44,459 nt of DNA from a virus: positions 1-44,459 of IMG/VR virus record IMGVR_UViG_3300002461_000167; one strand, given 5' to 3'. Below, in pieces: positions 1 to 8,003 of the stretch. The position numbers and the translations under genes are program-made. The first letter of the stretch is position 1. Every line of letters starts with the position of its first letter. The notes under the pieces are model-generated. The model searched no databases. It was given only the letters and a program-made list of their open reading frames with translations, and had not been told where the DNA came from.

Positions 1-94
1 CGTTCGCCCGCTTGCCTCGGTCTTGAACTATGTCCTTTTCGCCAACGGCGCCAGCGGCTACGTTTGGGAAAATTTCATGGTCGACGGCGACCGC
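1..94. repeat. Terminal direct repeat: bases 1-94 are identical to 44366-44459. This is the overlap of a circular or circularly permuted genome with unit length 44365 bp.
   Basis: Both ends were read base by base: cgttcgcccgcttgcctcgg...gtcgacggcgaccgc occurs at both termini. The ORF running off the right end continues in frame into 1..880. Confidence 0.95.
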
Positions 95-880
95 CTGAAC
101 AATTTAAACGCATGTAACGTCGTCGTGCTCAATGGCGGCAACTACAATATCCGAAGCGTGCATTGCTATCGCGGCAAGGATGATGGCGCGGGCGGCTACG
201 GCGGCGGCTTCATCGTCACCGACACCAACGACTCACCCACCGGCACACGTTCCTACTTTGAGGACGTGCGCGGCATCGACTGCGATTCCGATGGCGTGCT
301 CGGGAACAAGATCAAATCGTTCGCTTTCGTTCGGCCGCGCGGGCGCCGCTGCAAATACGGCTTCCACCTTCAGAATTCGGCGGCGCCCACGCAAGTCAAC
401 ACCGTCACCGATGGCTACGTTAAAGACGCACTCGGCACGGGTTGCAGCATCGGCAACGTGGTGATCGAAGGGCGCTTGCTCGGCGCCAATGGTGACATTG
501 ACATTGTGTCGTACACCACGGCCGATTTGACCATTGACGGCGCGACGGGCATTGATGGTGCCGGCGCGGGCGTGTGCATCCAGGGCGACGGCATTGTGGC
601 GTCGAATATCCAAGCGCATCGCAACGCCGACACGGGCGCCCTGTTGAACATGCGCTATTCGTCTGTCACAAACGTGCGTGCCAAAGACAACGGCGCCTTT
701 GGCGTTGATGCCGGCTACTTCAGCGAGGGAGTCATTTCCGGCATTGTCGTGACAGGTACGAATGGCATCGGCCTGAACGGCGGCGGTGGCAAGGCGGCAT
801 TTTTCAAGCACGCTTTCCTCGGCGACAACGATATCAATGCATTCTTCGAAAAATACGCGAAGGCGACGATTTACACATAG
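1..880 (+). CDS. Tailspike / tail fibre protein, 3' part of a 459-codon gene. The 5' part is 43866..44365, so the gene spans the circular junction. Parallel beta-helix (pectate-lyase-like) type.
   Basis: The phase of ATG 43866 equals the phase of the 23..880 ORF after subtracting 44365. There is an AVGDGGNAYFKR motif near the N-terminus. Short G/N/V-rich strand repeats (NGGNYNIRSVHCY, GTGCSIGNVVIEG, GVCIQGDGIVASNIQ) are typical of beta-helix spikes. Confidence 0.65.
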   Translation, partial: VRPLASVLNYVLFANGASGYVWENFMVDGDRLNNLNACNVVVLNGGNYNIRSVHCYRGKDDGAGGYGGGFIVTDTNDSPTGTRSYFEDVRGIDCDSDGVLGNKIKSFAFVRPRGRRCKYGFHLQNSAAPTQVNTVTDGYVKDALGTGCSIGNVVIEGRLLGANGDIDIVSYTTADLTIDGATGIDGAGAGVCIQGDGIVASNIQAHRNADTGALLNMRYSSVTNVRAKDNGAFGVDAGYFSEGVISGIVVTGTNGIGLNGGGGKAAFFKHAFLGDNDINAFFEKYAKATIYT

Positions 881-921
881 AGGACTTCATAATTGACTGC
901 CTCGGCGGCAAGCAAGGGCTT

Positions 922-1959
922 GTGGTTGCCGGTGGGCTGCGCGGACGTGGCAAGAATATCCGCGTCAAAAACGTGTCGACGTATCCGCAGGCGTTCAACA
1001 TCCAGTCGCATCAATTCCCGCTAACCGGTTGCTCATGCGGGCCGTTGGATTTCTCAGACTCCACCGGCTTGGCCGCAGCGGCCACAAGCATGATCATACC
1101 GCCGACGCAAGACACCATCATCGTAACCGGCTCGGGCGTTGGCATTTCGCTGATGCTCACCCAGAACCAAGTTGATTTTGAAGGTCGCGTTGCGTTCGTC
1201 GATGTCACCAACCCCGGCGCGGGCTACACCTCCAACCCGACGCTGAATTTCTCGGCGGCGGCATCCGGTGCCGGCGCGGCGGGTACGTTGCTTTACACGC
1301 CTTCGGGGCTCGCCGCTTGCCCGCGCATGACGAACTTCGGCAACGGCGCATACGGCGAAACCACATTCGCGGTATCCGCGACCGGCGGCGGTGGTGCGGG
1401 CTTCGCGGCCACGGCTTACGTCGGGTTGCGCGCCCACGCCGATGGCCGGCGCATCATCCTGCAATTCCAGGGTGTCAACGTGCTTGTGCACGGAACGGGC
1501 AATATCAATTGTCCGGCCGGCGAGAACTACACCACCAAGGCCGGCGAAGCGGTGGAGCTTATCGGCATCGGTGGTACGTGGGTAGTCATCGGCCCACAGC
1601 AAAACGGGTCCGGCACGTACACGCCGACGCTCACCAACGGCGCCAACGTCGCGTCGTCGACGGCTGCAATTTGCCGCTTCAGCTACATTGGCCGCGTGGT
1701 GCACGTTTCCGGCACGGTCACGATTGACCCCACGGCCGCCGCTGGCACGCTAACGGTGCTCGGCATGACACTGCCGATTGCGTCCAACTTGGCGGCGGCT
1801 ACCGAGCTATCCGGCGTCTGTGCGGCCGTCAATGGTACGGTGGTCCATGCGGGCATTGTGCAGGGCGATGCCGCGAACAATCGGGCGGAAATCAATTTCT
1901 CGTCGCAAGGCACGCCCGCGCTTGTGTTCAACTTCAACTTCACTTATACAATCATCTGA
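922..1959 (+). CDS. Distal tail fibre / receptor-binding protein; start codon uncertain.
   Basis: 345-codon ORF directly after the spike gene. The sequence is G/A/T/N-rich and beta-type (TNPGAGYTSNPTLNFS...). The only in-frame start is GTG 922, with a weak AAGGG 3 nt upstream. The frame is already open from 709 (see finding). Confidence 0.5.
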   Translation: MVAGGLRGRGKNIRVKNVSTYPQAFNIQSHQFPLTGCSCGPLDFSDSTGLAAAATSMIIPPTQDTIIVTGSGVGISLMLTQNQVDFEGRVAFVDVTNPGAGYTSNPTLNFSAAASGAGAAGTLLYTPSGLAACPRMTNFGNGAYGETTFAVSATGGGGAGFAATAYVGLRAHADGRRIILQFQGVNVLVHGTGNINCPAGENYTTKAGEAVELIGIGGTWVVIGPQQNGSGTYTPTLTNGANVASSTAAICRFSYIGRVVHVSGTVTIDPTAAAGTLTVLGMTLPIASNLAAATELSGVCAAVNGTVVHAGIVQGDAANNRAEINFSSQGTPALVFNFNFTYTII

Positions 1960-2444
1960 TGAGCAAGAAACCCGCCAAGCCTGCGATCATCACCCACAGC
2001 CTGATTGTTCCCGAGCATGTAGAACGTGCTCGGGAAAGTTGGGCGGCCAAAGCGATCAAGGCGACGAAGGGAAACCAGACGCGCCTTGGTTGTATGGTCA
2101 TCCGCATCATTGGCCGCATCCCGGCTAACCCGCCGCGCTTCAGTCTCGAAACGGGCATGGTTATTCTGGACGAAGCCACGGGCAATAAGCTCGGGCTCAA
2201 TCGCGGCTACTGTGTCGCCGACTATCAGGCGCGGCCGGGCAAGCCCTTCTTGGCGACACCCATCGGCCACGTCAATGAAATCACCGAGAACTTCCGTGGA
2301 CTCGCGGACCATTTGAAATTGACAGACGCCGACCGGATCGCTATGTTCGATTGCCTGCGAAATTGGATTCAGCAGGACATGACCGCGACAAGCTCCACAG
2401 TCGTGGGCGAACAAGGGGAAACCGATGCTGCAACGAAACACTGA
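1959..2444 (+). CDS. Hypothetical protein (161 aa)
   Basis: The ATG overlaps the fibre stop (cTGATGa), which suggests translational coupling. Third codon positions are G/C-rich. No motif recognised. Confidence 0.55.
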   Translation: MSKKPAKPAIITHSLIVPEHVERARESWAAKAIKATKGNQTRLGCMVIRIIGRIPANPPRFSLETGMVILDEATGNKLGLNRGYCVADYQARPGKPFLATPIGHVNEITENFRGLADHLKLTDADRIAMFDCLRNWIQQDMTATSSTVVGEQGETDAATKH

Positions 2445-2772
2445 AAAGATCCTGGTGCCAGTCTCGGCGCAGGTGTTGAACGATCTGCGCGGGCTGCCGC
2501 CAATGGTCCAGATTATGACCGAGGCGCTACGGCCCAAGGGCGCCCGTGGGCACCACCCAGCGCACGGCTACCACTCGGTACGGGCTCAGGCCCCGCGCAA
2601 CCGCCAACCGGGCGTCTCGGCCCGTAGCAAGGCCAAGGAAAAGGCACGCATCCTTGCCGCCGCCAACTATCTCGCCGTCCAGCGGTGGGAACTTGCTTGG
2701 CGCCACGGCGAAGTCGCCGAGCATCAGCGCCCGGCCGGCATCCACGCGTCAAGCCGGAAGTATCTCCATTGA
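2425..2772 (+). CDS. Hypothetical basic protein (115 aa)
   Basis: AAGGGGAA Shine-Dalgarno sequence 4-5 nt upstream of ATG 2425. Third codon positions are G/C-rich throughout. Confidence 0.45.
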   Translation: MLQRNTEKILVPVSAQVLNDLRGLPPMVQIMTEALRPKGARGHHPAHGYHSVRAQAPRNRQPGVSARSKAKEKARILAAANYLAVQRWELAWRHGEVAEHQRPAGIHASSRKYLH

Positions 2773-3008
2773 ACGAAGCTGAAGCCGTATTCGCTTTCCA
2801 CTGTGCCAATGTGCGGGCACGGTGCCGCGAGCGTGACCGGGGATTCAAACCCCGCCGGGAACGCCCGAGCCGGGTGGATATGGACAGGCCGGTGCTGCGG
2901 ATGTATGCACCGGCCAAACCGCGCAAGCCCTTTGACCCCTTCCCGCCCGGCTACTACGGCAAGAAGCGGGTATTGACCGACCGCCCCACCGACCGCAAGC
3001 GGTGGCGC

Positions 3009-4913
3009 TCACCATGACTCGGTTGCCACGGGAAGCGCGAACATTGTAACGCCATTCTCGGTCGACACGCGCAACCCGAGTTCCCGCCGCGCTTTCGCCA
3101 ACACAGGTTCCTTGAAACCCTCGGCGAGCGCGGCGGCCATCACCTTATTCGCCGGCTGTGGGCCATCCTCCAACGTCTCGGTGAGGAAGCGCGCCGCGTC
3201 TTCCCGGTCGCGGTCGCCCGCCGATTGCTTCTTGGCCCCGTCCGATGCGCTCACGAGTTCGTTGGCGGTGATCTTGACCGAGTCATCGGTCCACTCGGCG
3301 AACGGCGCCACAAGCCCTTCCTTGACGAACTTGGTAGAGAACCGGAAGCGCAGCCCGTCGATGGGTGGCCCGATGTTGCCCTTCGACCGCACGAAGATCC
3401 GCGCTTTGGCTTCCTCGGGGTCTTCGCCGACCATGTAGATGGACCGCGCCAGCGCGCTGATGGCCACGCTATCGAGTAGGCGGGCGTTTGCGGTGCCGCC
3501 ACGGCCCTTCGATAGATGGGTGTTGCCTATGAGCGCAATCCGATGTTCGGCCGCCCAGCGCACCGCTGGTTCAAGTACGCCGCGCACCTCGGTGTTGCGC
3601 CACGTGTCGGTGCTGCCAAAGTACGAGCTGATGGGGTCCAGGATGACCATGCGCACGTCCCCGAGGCGCCGCATAAGCAACCCGAGCCGTTCCAAGTCGT
3701 CTTTGAGGTTGAACGTGCGCCGGCCGGTTTCTTCGTCCCGAACGCCGTCCACTATGATCAGCTTGTCCCGCTTGCCACCGGCGGCCATGAACCGAGGCAC
3801 TAGGACGTGCTCGGGGCTGTCTTCGCCCGACAGGTAGAGGACACTAGCCGGGCCGGCCGTTTTCGCCGTGTCCGGCCAAGGTTGGCCCGCCGTGACGCGT
3901 GCCGCGAGGTCTAGGAGCACCGTAGTCTTGCCCACGTCCCCGTGACCGGCGATCAGTGAGCACATGCCAAGGGGTATGCGGTGGTGCCACAGCCATTCGA
4001 CGGCGAGCGGTTCGATTTCCGACGCTCGCCGGAAGATGATGTCCAGCGGTAGCTTTAGAGCTACGTCCGCGAAAACGGTTTGGCCGGGCTGATGGGCTTT
4101 AGCTCCGGGTTCATTCTGTTGATAACGGGCCGCATTTGCGACGATAGTTTGCAATTCGTCTCTTTGCCATGGTGGATCACATTTTTCATTCCACGCTTCC
4201 GCCAAAGCCTCAATAGCCGCGTCTGGAGAGAGTCCCGCATCTAACACCTCACACGCTACGTTGTATGTTAAATTTTGGCCGCCTTCGCCAGCCACAGCAA
4301 TATGACCACGTTTCACGTACATTTGCAAGAGGTGGCGAACGCGTTTGATGTTGATTGGCAAGTCCAGCGCGGCGCCGGCCGAGCGCTTGACGGGCGCGGC
4401 ATCGGCGAGCTTCTTGGTGATCCATTCGGGGACCGGCACCGGCTCCAATTCATTGGCCAGTGTGTACGTGCCATGTTCCGTCACGCTCGGCGGCAACAAT
4501 GCATATGAACCCTTGCCGCGCGTGTCGATGTGCTCGCCAACACAGCGCTTGCGCTCGGGCGCCCATTGCGTAGTTGGCAGTTCGCCGATGAAATAAAGGT
4601 GCTCGCCGCCACGGGGCGTTGTGACAATCTTGGTGTCGGGCGTGTCGTGGCTCAACCCTAATTTAAACCACTCGTCTTTGCCGGCTTCGCCGTCGAGGTC
4701 GATGATGCCCCACCCCATGGAGTGCGGTGTAAATCCGATGTTCGCATCGGGGTTTTCATCCCACCATTCGTCGATTTGTGCTATGTCGGTGGTGGCTTCA
4801 TGGAAGCCCCGCGTACCGCTTAATGGCACCTTTGTCATTGGTTGACATGGGAAAACCGGGATTCCTTGGCGCGCATAGTTACGCGCTGCCTTGTGAAGCA
4901 CTGATCTTTGCAC
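3009..4913 (-). CDS. Bifunctional primase-polymerase (Prim-Pol N-terminal domain) fused to a RepA/DnaB-like P-loop ATPase (replicative primase/helicase).
   Basis: N-terminus GIPVFPC...K.P...GFHEATTD...IDEWW...ANIGF...GIIDLDGE is Prim-Pol-like. Walker A is GHGDVGKTT and Walker B-like is MVILDPISSY. The start is GTG at 4913, the only in-frame start upstream of the conserved N-terminus. Confidence 0.85.
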   Translation of the reverse strand: MQRSVLHKAARNYARQGIPVFPCQPMTKVPLSGTRGFHEATTDIAQIDEWWDENPDANIGFTPHSMGWGIIDLDGEAGKDEWFKLGLSHDTPDTKIVTTPRGGEHLYFIGELPTTQWAPERKRCVGEHIDTRGKGSYALLPPSVTEHGTYTLANELEPVPVPEWITKKLADAAPVKRSAGAALDLPINIKRVRHLLQMYVKRGHIAVAGEGGQNLTYNVACEVLDAGLSPDAAIEALAEAWNEKCDPPWQRDELQTIVANAARYQQNEPGAKAHQPGQTVFADVALKLPLDIIFRRASEIEPLAVEWLWHHRIPLGMCSLIAGHGDVGKTTVLLDLAARVTAGQPWPDTAKTAGPASVLYLSGEDSPEHVLVPRFMAAGGKRDKLIIVDGVRDEETGRRTFNLKDDLERLGLLMRRLGDVRMVILDPISSYFGSTDTWRNTEVRGVLEPAVRWAAEHRIALIGNTHLSKGRGGTANARLLDSVAISALARSIYMVGEDPEEAKARIFVRSKGNIGPPIDGLRFRFSTKFVKEGLVAPFAEWTDDSVKITANELVSASDGAKKQSAGDRDREDAARFLTETLEDGPQPANKVMAAALAEGFKEPVLAKARRELGLRVSTENGVTMFALPVATESW

Positions 4914-4978
4914 CGGGCACTCGATATGCTAAGGATTAGGGGCACAACTATTGGCCAACCGGGACGGAGAGTCAAGCC

Positions 4979-5212
4979 ATGGCAGAAGACCCCGCGACAA
5001 ACGAAGACATGTACGGCTTCGATCTTTGGCCCGATATCGCGCAGCGGCGCCGGGCTTACATCGTCGACATGGTGTTGGACTCTAACGCATGTGAAAGCCC
5101 CGAGCAAGCCTTGACATTGTGCGCGTGTCTTGATACGTGGATTGCCAACGGCTCGCCGAGCGTGCCGCCTATCGAGGCGGATGGCAATGTTTATCCACTG
5201 CACAAAAAGTGA
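4979..5212 (+). CDS. Hypothetical small acidic protein (77 aa)
   Basis: GGAGAG Shine-Dalgarno sequence upstream of ATG 4979. The stop overlaps the GTG start of the SNF2 gene (GTGA). Confidence 0.5.
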   Translation: MAEDPATNEDMYGFDLWPDIAQRRRAYIVDMVLDSNACESPEQALTLCACLDTWIANGSPSVPPIEADGNVYPLHKK

Positions 5213-6852
5213 TCCTCGATTACAACCCACACACCGACAGATATTTTGCGCGAGTGCCGCGAAGTCAAAGCGGACTCGTGCAAAAACTTATGCGCGAGCA
5301 CGGCTTCGATTTATCGTTGACGGCTTCCACCGCGAGTGATGCCGTGCTGTTCACGAATGAGCCGTGCGCGGCGGTGACATTCTTTGACCAAGGCACCGAG
5401 CGTGCCAAGGCGAACCTATCGGCGCTGAATACCGTCATCGAAGCATCGCGAGCGCCGACGAGCACGCGCAAAATTGACGTGCCGGCCGACAAAGAGCTGT
5501 GGCCTTTCCAGGTCGCGTCACTCGACTATGCATTGACGCACGCGCCGCACGGCTGCCTTATCGCGGACCAACCCGGCCTTGGCAAGACGCCGCAAGCCAT
5601 CGCGTTCGCCAATGAGATTCAAGCCCAGCGCGTTCTATGCATTGTCCCGGCGAACGTCCGGCTCCAATGGGCCGAGAAGATTTATGAGTGGTCGACGCTG
5701 CCGTGGCCGATCAAGATCCACACCGTGATGAATTCGCGCAATGGCGTCAATCCATATGCCAATTGGATTATCGTTTCGTATGAGCTTGCGGCCAACCCCG
5801 CGATTGCCTCGGTGCTGGCCGAGCTGGACTTTGACTTGCTCATTCTGGACGAAGCCCATTACCTGAAAACAATCCACGCGCGCCGCACGCGGGCTGTATT
5901 CGGTGGTGGCGAAGATCGCGAGTTCCCGCCGCTGATCCGTAGCTGCGAAGCCACGTTGGCGCTCACCGGCACGCCGTTGCCGAACCGGCCGCGCGAAGCC
6001 TACACCTTGGCGCGCGGGCTGTGCCACGATTCCATTGACTGGATGTCCGAAGATTCCTTTTCGGCTCGGTTCAACCCGTCCATGATGATTGACACCGCAT
6101 CGGGCAAGAAGCGCATCGACGAACGCTCGGGGCGCACGGCCGAGCTACAGAACCGGCTCCGTGGTAATTTCATGACACGCCATATGAAGCGCGAAGTCAT
6201 GACACAGCTTAAATATCCGATATACGATCTAATCTACATTGACGAGACGGCCGCCATTCGCGCCGCGCTGAAGGCTGAAAAGCTCGCCGACATAGACCCC
6301 GAGGAAATGGAAGGCGCCAACATGGCCATTGATGGCCAAGTGTCTATTATCCGGCGGATGATGGGCGAAGCGCTGGCACCGGGCGTGGCCGAGTACGTCA
6401 AGATGCTGCTAGAAGGCGGCGAAGAAAAGATAGTCGTGATGGGCTGGCACATATCCGCGCTGTCCATCATCGAAGCCAAGCTAGAGCAATACGGCGTGGT
6501 GCGCCTGGACGGACGCGTTGCCGGCGCAACTGCCAAGCGCGAGCGTGTAAATGAGTTCCGGCGCAATCCGGCTAAGCGGGTGTTCCTCGGGAACATGCTC
6601 GCGGCTGGCGTGGGCACCGATGGCCTGCAAGACGTGTGCAATCACGTAGTCATTTCCGAGGCATCATGGACGCCCGGCGACAATCAGCAAGCCATCGACC
6701 GCCTTGACCGTGGCGGCCAGAAGCACCAAGTGCAGGCGGACATATGCGTGGCGCGGGGTTCATTTGCCGAGCGTATTTGTGCGACCTTCCTACGCAAAGG
6801 AAAGGTAATTGACAAGGCGCTAGACGCCGTGCATAACATTGATGATTGGTGA
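5209..6852 (+). CDS. SNF2-family (DEAD/DEAH-box) helicase / DNA translocase
   Basis: Motif I DQPGLGKT, motif II LILDEAHYLK, motif III LTGTPLPN, motif VI QAIDRLDRGGQ. Start taken at GTG 5209, coupled to the upstream stop. The track ORF begins at 5137. Confidence 0.85.
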   Translation: MILDYNPHTDRYFARVPRSQSGLVQKLMREHGFDLSLTASTASDAVLFTNEPCAAVTFFDQGTERAKANLSALNTVIEASRAPTSTRKIDVPADKELWPFQVASLDYALTHAPHGCLIADQPGLGKTPQAIAFANEIQAQRVLCIVPANVRLQWAEKIYEWSTLPWPIKIHTVMNSRNGVNPYANWIIVSYELAANPAIASVLAELDFDLLILDEAHYLKTIHARRTRAVFGGGEDREFPPLIRSCEATLALTGTPLPNRPREAYTLARGLCHDSIDWMSEDSFSARFNPSMMIDTASGKKRIDERSGRTAELQNRLRGNFMTRHMKREVMTQLKYPIYDLIYIDETAAIRAALKAEKLADIDPEEMEGANMAIDGQVSIIRRMMGEALAPGVAEYVKMLLEGGEEKIVVMGWHISALSIIEAKLEQYGVVRLDGRVAGATAKRERVNEFRRNPAKRVFLGNMLAAGVGTDGLQDVCNHVVISEASWTPGDNQQAIDRLDRGGQKHQVQADICVARGSFAERICATFLRKGKVIDKALDAVHNIDDW

Positions 6853-7056
6853 AAGCCGATACTGTCCGGCGGCTAGGTTGGCCGACGCACGGGCCTGCAA
6901 AGAACATCCTGGCCGGGGTGAGAGTAGCAGGGAACCCGGAGAAGTGGGGTTATTCTAGACGAACCCTTCCGGGGCACCACCTCGGCGGACAGACTTGACA
7001 ATCACATCGGCCGGCGCTACGGCTACCACAACTGCAACAGGCACAGGAAAATTCAC

Positions 7057-7605
7057 ATGGGTTCGATTACAGGTGGCCGCGTCGTGTTCTCGCGCACGGT
7101 CAAAACCGGCGACTTCGAGAATATGAAAGCCGAAGTTGAACTGACATTCACGGCCGGCGACGAAGACAAATACGCCGAGCTTCTTGACTTGGCCAGCCGA
7201 CAGGCGAAGACCAAGGCGCACGAAATGCTCGGACTGTCCGCCGGCTCCGTGAAGGGGTCCAAGGCCACCGCTGCACCGGAAGCCGAGGAAGCGCCCGCCA
7301 AACCTGCCAAGAAGCCCGGCCGCCCGAAGGCTGCCAAGGCCGAGCCCGAGGAAGCGGACGAAGACGGCGTGTTGCCGGAAGACGAAGCCGAGGAAGCGGA
7401 AGCCGAACCGTCCGTGAGCGACGAAGTGCTGATTGCCAAGATCAGCGCGCACGCCAAGGCCACCGGCAAGAAGGCCGATATCAAGAAGCTCATTGGCGAG
7501 CATTCGAAGACCGGCCAAGCGGCGGGCATCGCCCCGGCGAAGCGCGAAGCATTCCTTGCCGCGCTGAAAAAGATCAAGAAGGGCGACGACGAAGACGGGT
7601 ATTGA
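7057..7605 (+). CDS. Hypothetical acidic/lysine-rich protein with an AT-hook-like segment (KKPGRPKAAK) and an acidic C-terminal tail ending DDEDGY.
   Basis: AGGAAA Shine-Dalgarno sequence 7 nt upstream. The GRP core flanked by K/P residues is at about 7300-7338. Low-complexity A/E/K/P linker. Confidence 0.6.
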   Translation: MGSITGGRVVFSRTVKTGDFENMKAEVELTFTAGDEDKYAELLDLASRQAKTKAHEMLGLSAGSVKGSKATAAPEAEEAPAKPAKKPGRPKAAKAEPEEADEDGVLPEDEAEEAEAEPSVSDEVLIAKISAHAKATGKKADIKKLIGEHSKTGQAAGIAPAKREAFLAALKKIKKGDDEDGY

Positions 7606-7707
7606 TCCCGCGCCTTTCTAGGTGTCCGGTCCCGTGCGGACTTAAGCGCACGGCGGAAGGGTGAGCTACGACGTTGCCCACCGACTACGGCTTTCATTCT
7701 AAGTAGG

Positions 7708-7716
7708 ATTTACACG
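7708..7716 (+). promoter_or_regulatory. Copy of the over-represented 9-mer ATTTACACG, ending 1 nt before the start codon of the HTH gene 7718..7999. Candidate operator or translation-control site.
   Basis: Sequence taggATTTACACGcATGgcc. It is the same word as the half-site of the palindromes at 39883-39898 and 40143-40158. Confidence 0.4.
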
Positions 7717-7717
7717 C

Positions 7718-7999
7718 ATGGCCAAGAAAGTAAAGAAGCCGGTGCGCCCCGGTTCGGTGAAGTTCACCGCCGAGAAGCGCACCAAGGCTATTGGACTGAT
7801 GAAAGCCGGCAATGAGATTCCGGCAATCGCCAAGGTGCTGAAGCTCCACCCACAGACGCTTTACCGGGCGTTCCCCGGCGGCGCTCGGGTTGTGCGCGGT
7901 GATGCACCCTACGCGAAGCGCAAGAAGGCCAAGAAGGTTGCGGCGCCCGTCCGCGCGCCCGCCAAGAAGCCCGCCGCCAAGAAGCGCGCAGCGTGGTGA
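7718..7999 (+). CDS. Helix-turn-helix DNA-binding protein with a lysine/alanine/proline-rich, histone-H1-like C-terminal tail.
   Basis: The HTH-like segment is EIPAIAKVLKLHPQTLYRAF. The tail is KRKKAKKVAAPVRAPAKKPAAKKRAAW. Confidence 0.6.
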   Translation: MAKKVKKPVRPGSVKFTAEKRTKAIGLMKAGNEIPAIAKVLKLHPQTLYRAFPGGARVVRGDAPYAKRKKAKKVAAPVRAPAKKPAAKKRAAW

Positions 8000-8003
8000 C
8001 GAG

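Noticed and set aside
922-1959. Diversity-generating retroelement acting on the fibre gene. The head module reminded me of BPP-1-like podoviruses.
   Set aside because: No reverse transcriptase ORF is present. I found no template/variable repeat pair matching the 3' end of the fibre or spike genes.
2769-3017. Possible small basic protein (TTG 2769 or ATG about 2886) converging on the primase gene end.
   Set aside because: The frame has G/C-rich third positions. However, it has no convincing start or RBS and overlaps the primase stop. That is too weak to call.
6995-7023. TTGACA-17-TACGGC upstream of gene 7057 as a promoter.
   Set aside because: The -35 is perfect but the -10 lacks the conserved final T and matches only 2 of 6 positions. 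It is not supportable from sequence alone.
7704-7716. Shared 12-13-mers: GATTTACACGCAT (7704 and 39889) and CTAGTTGCGAAT (15915 and 40120).
   Set aside because: Pairs of identical 12-13-mers are expected by chance many times in 44 kb. Only the multi-copy 9-mer inside the first one is statistically meaningful.
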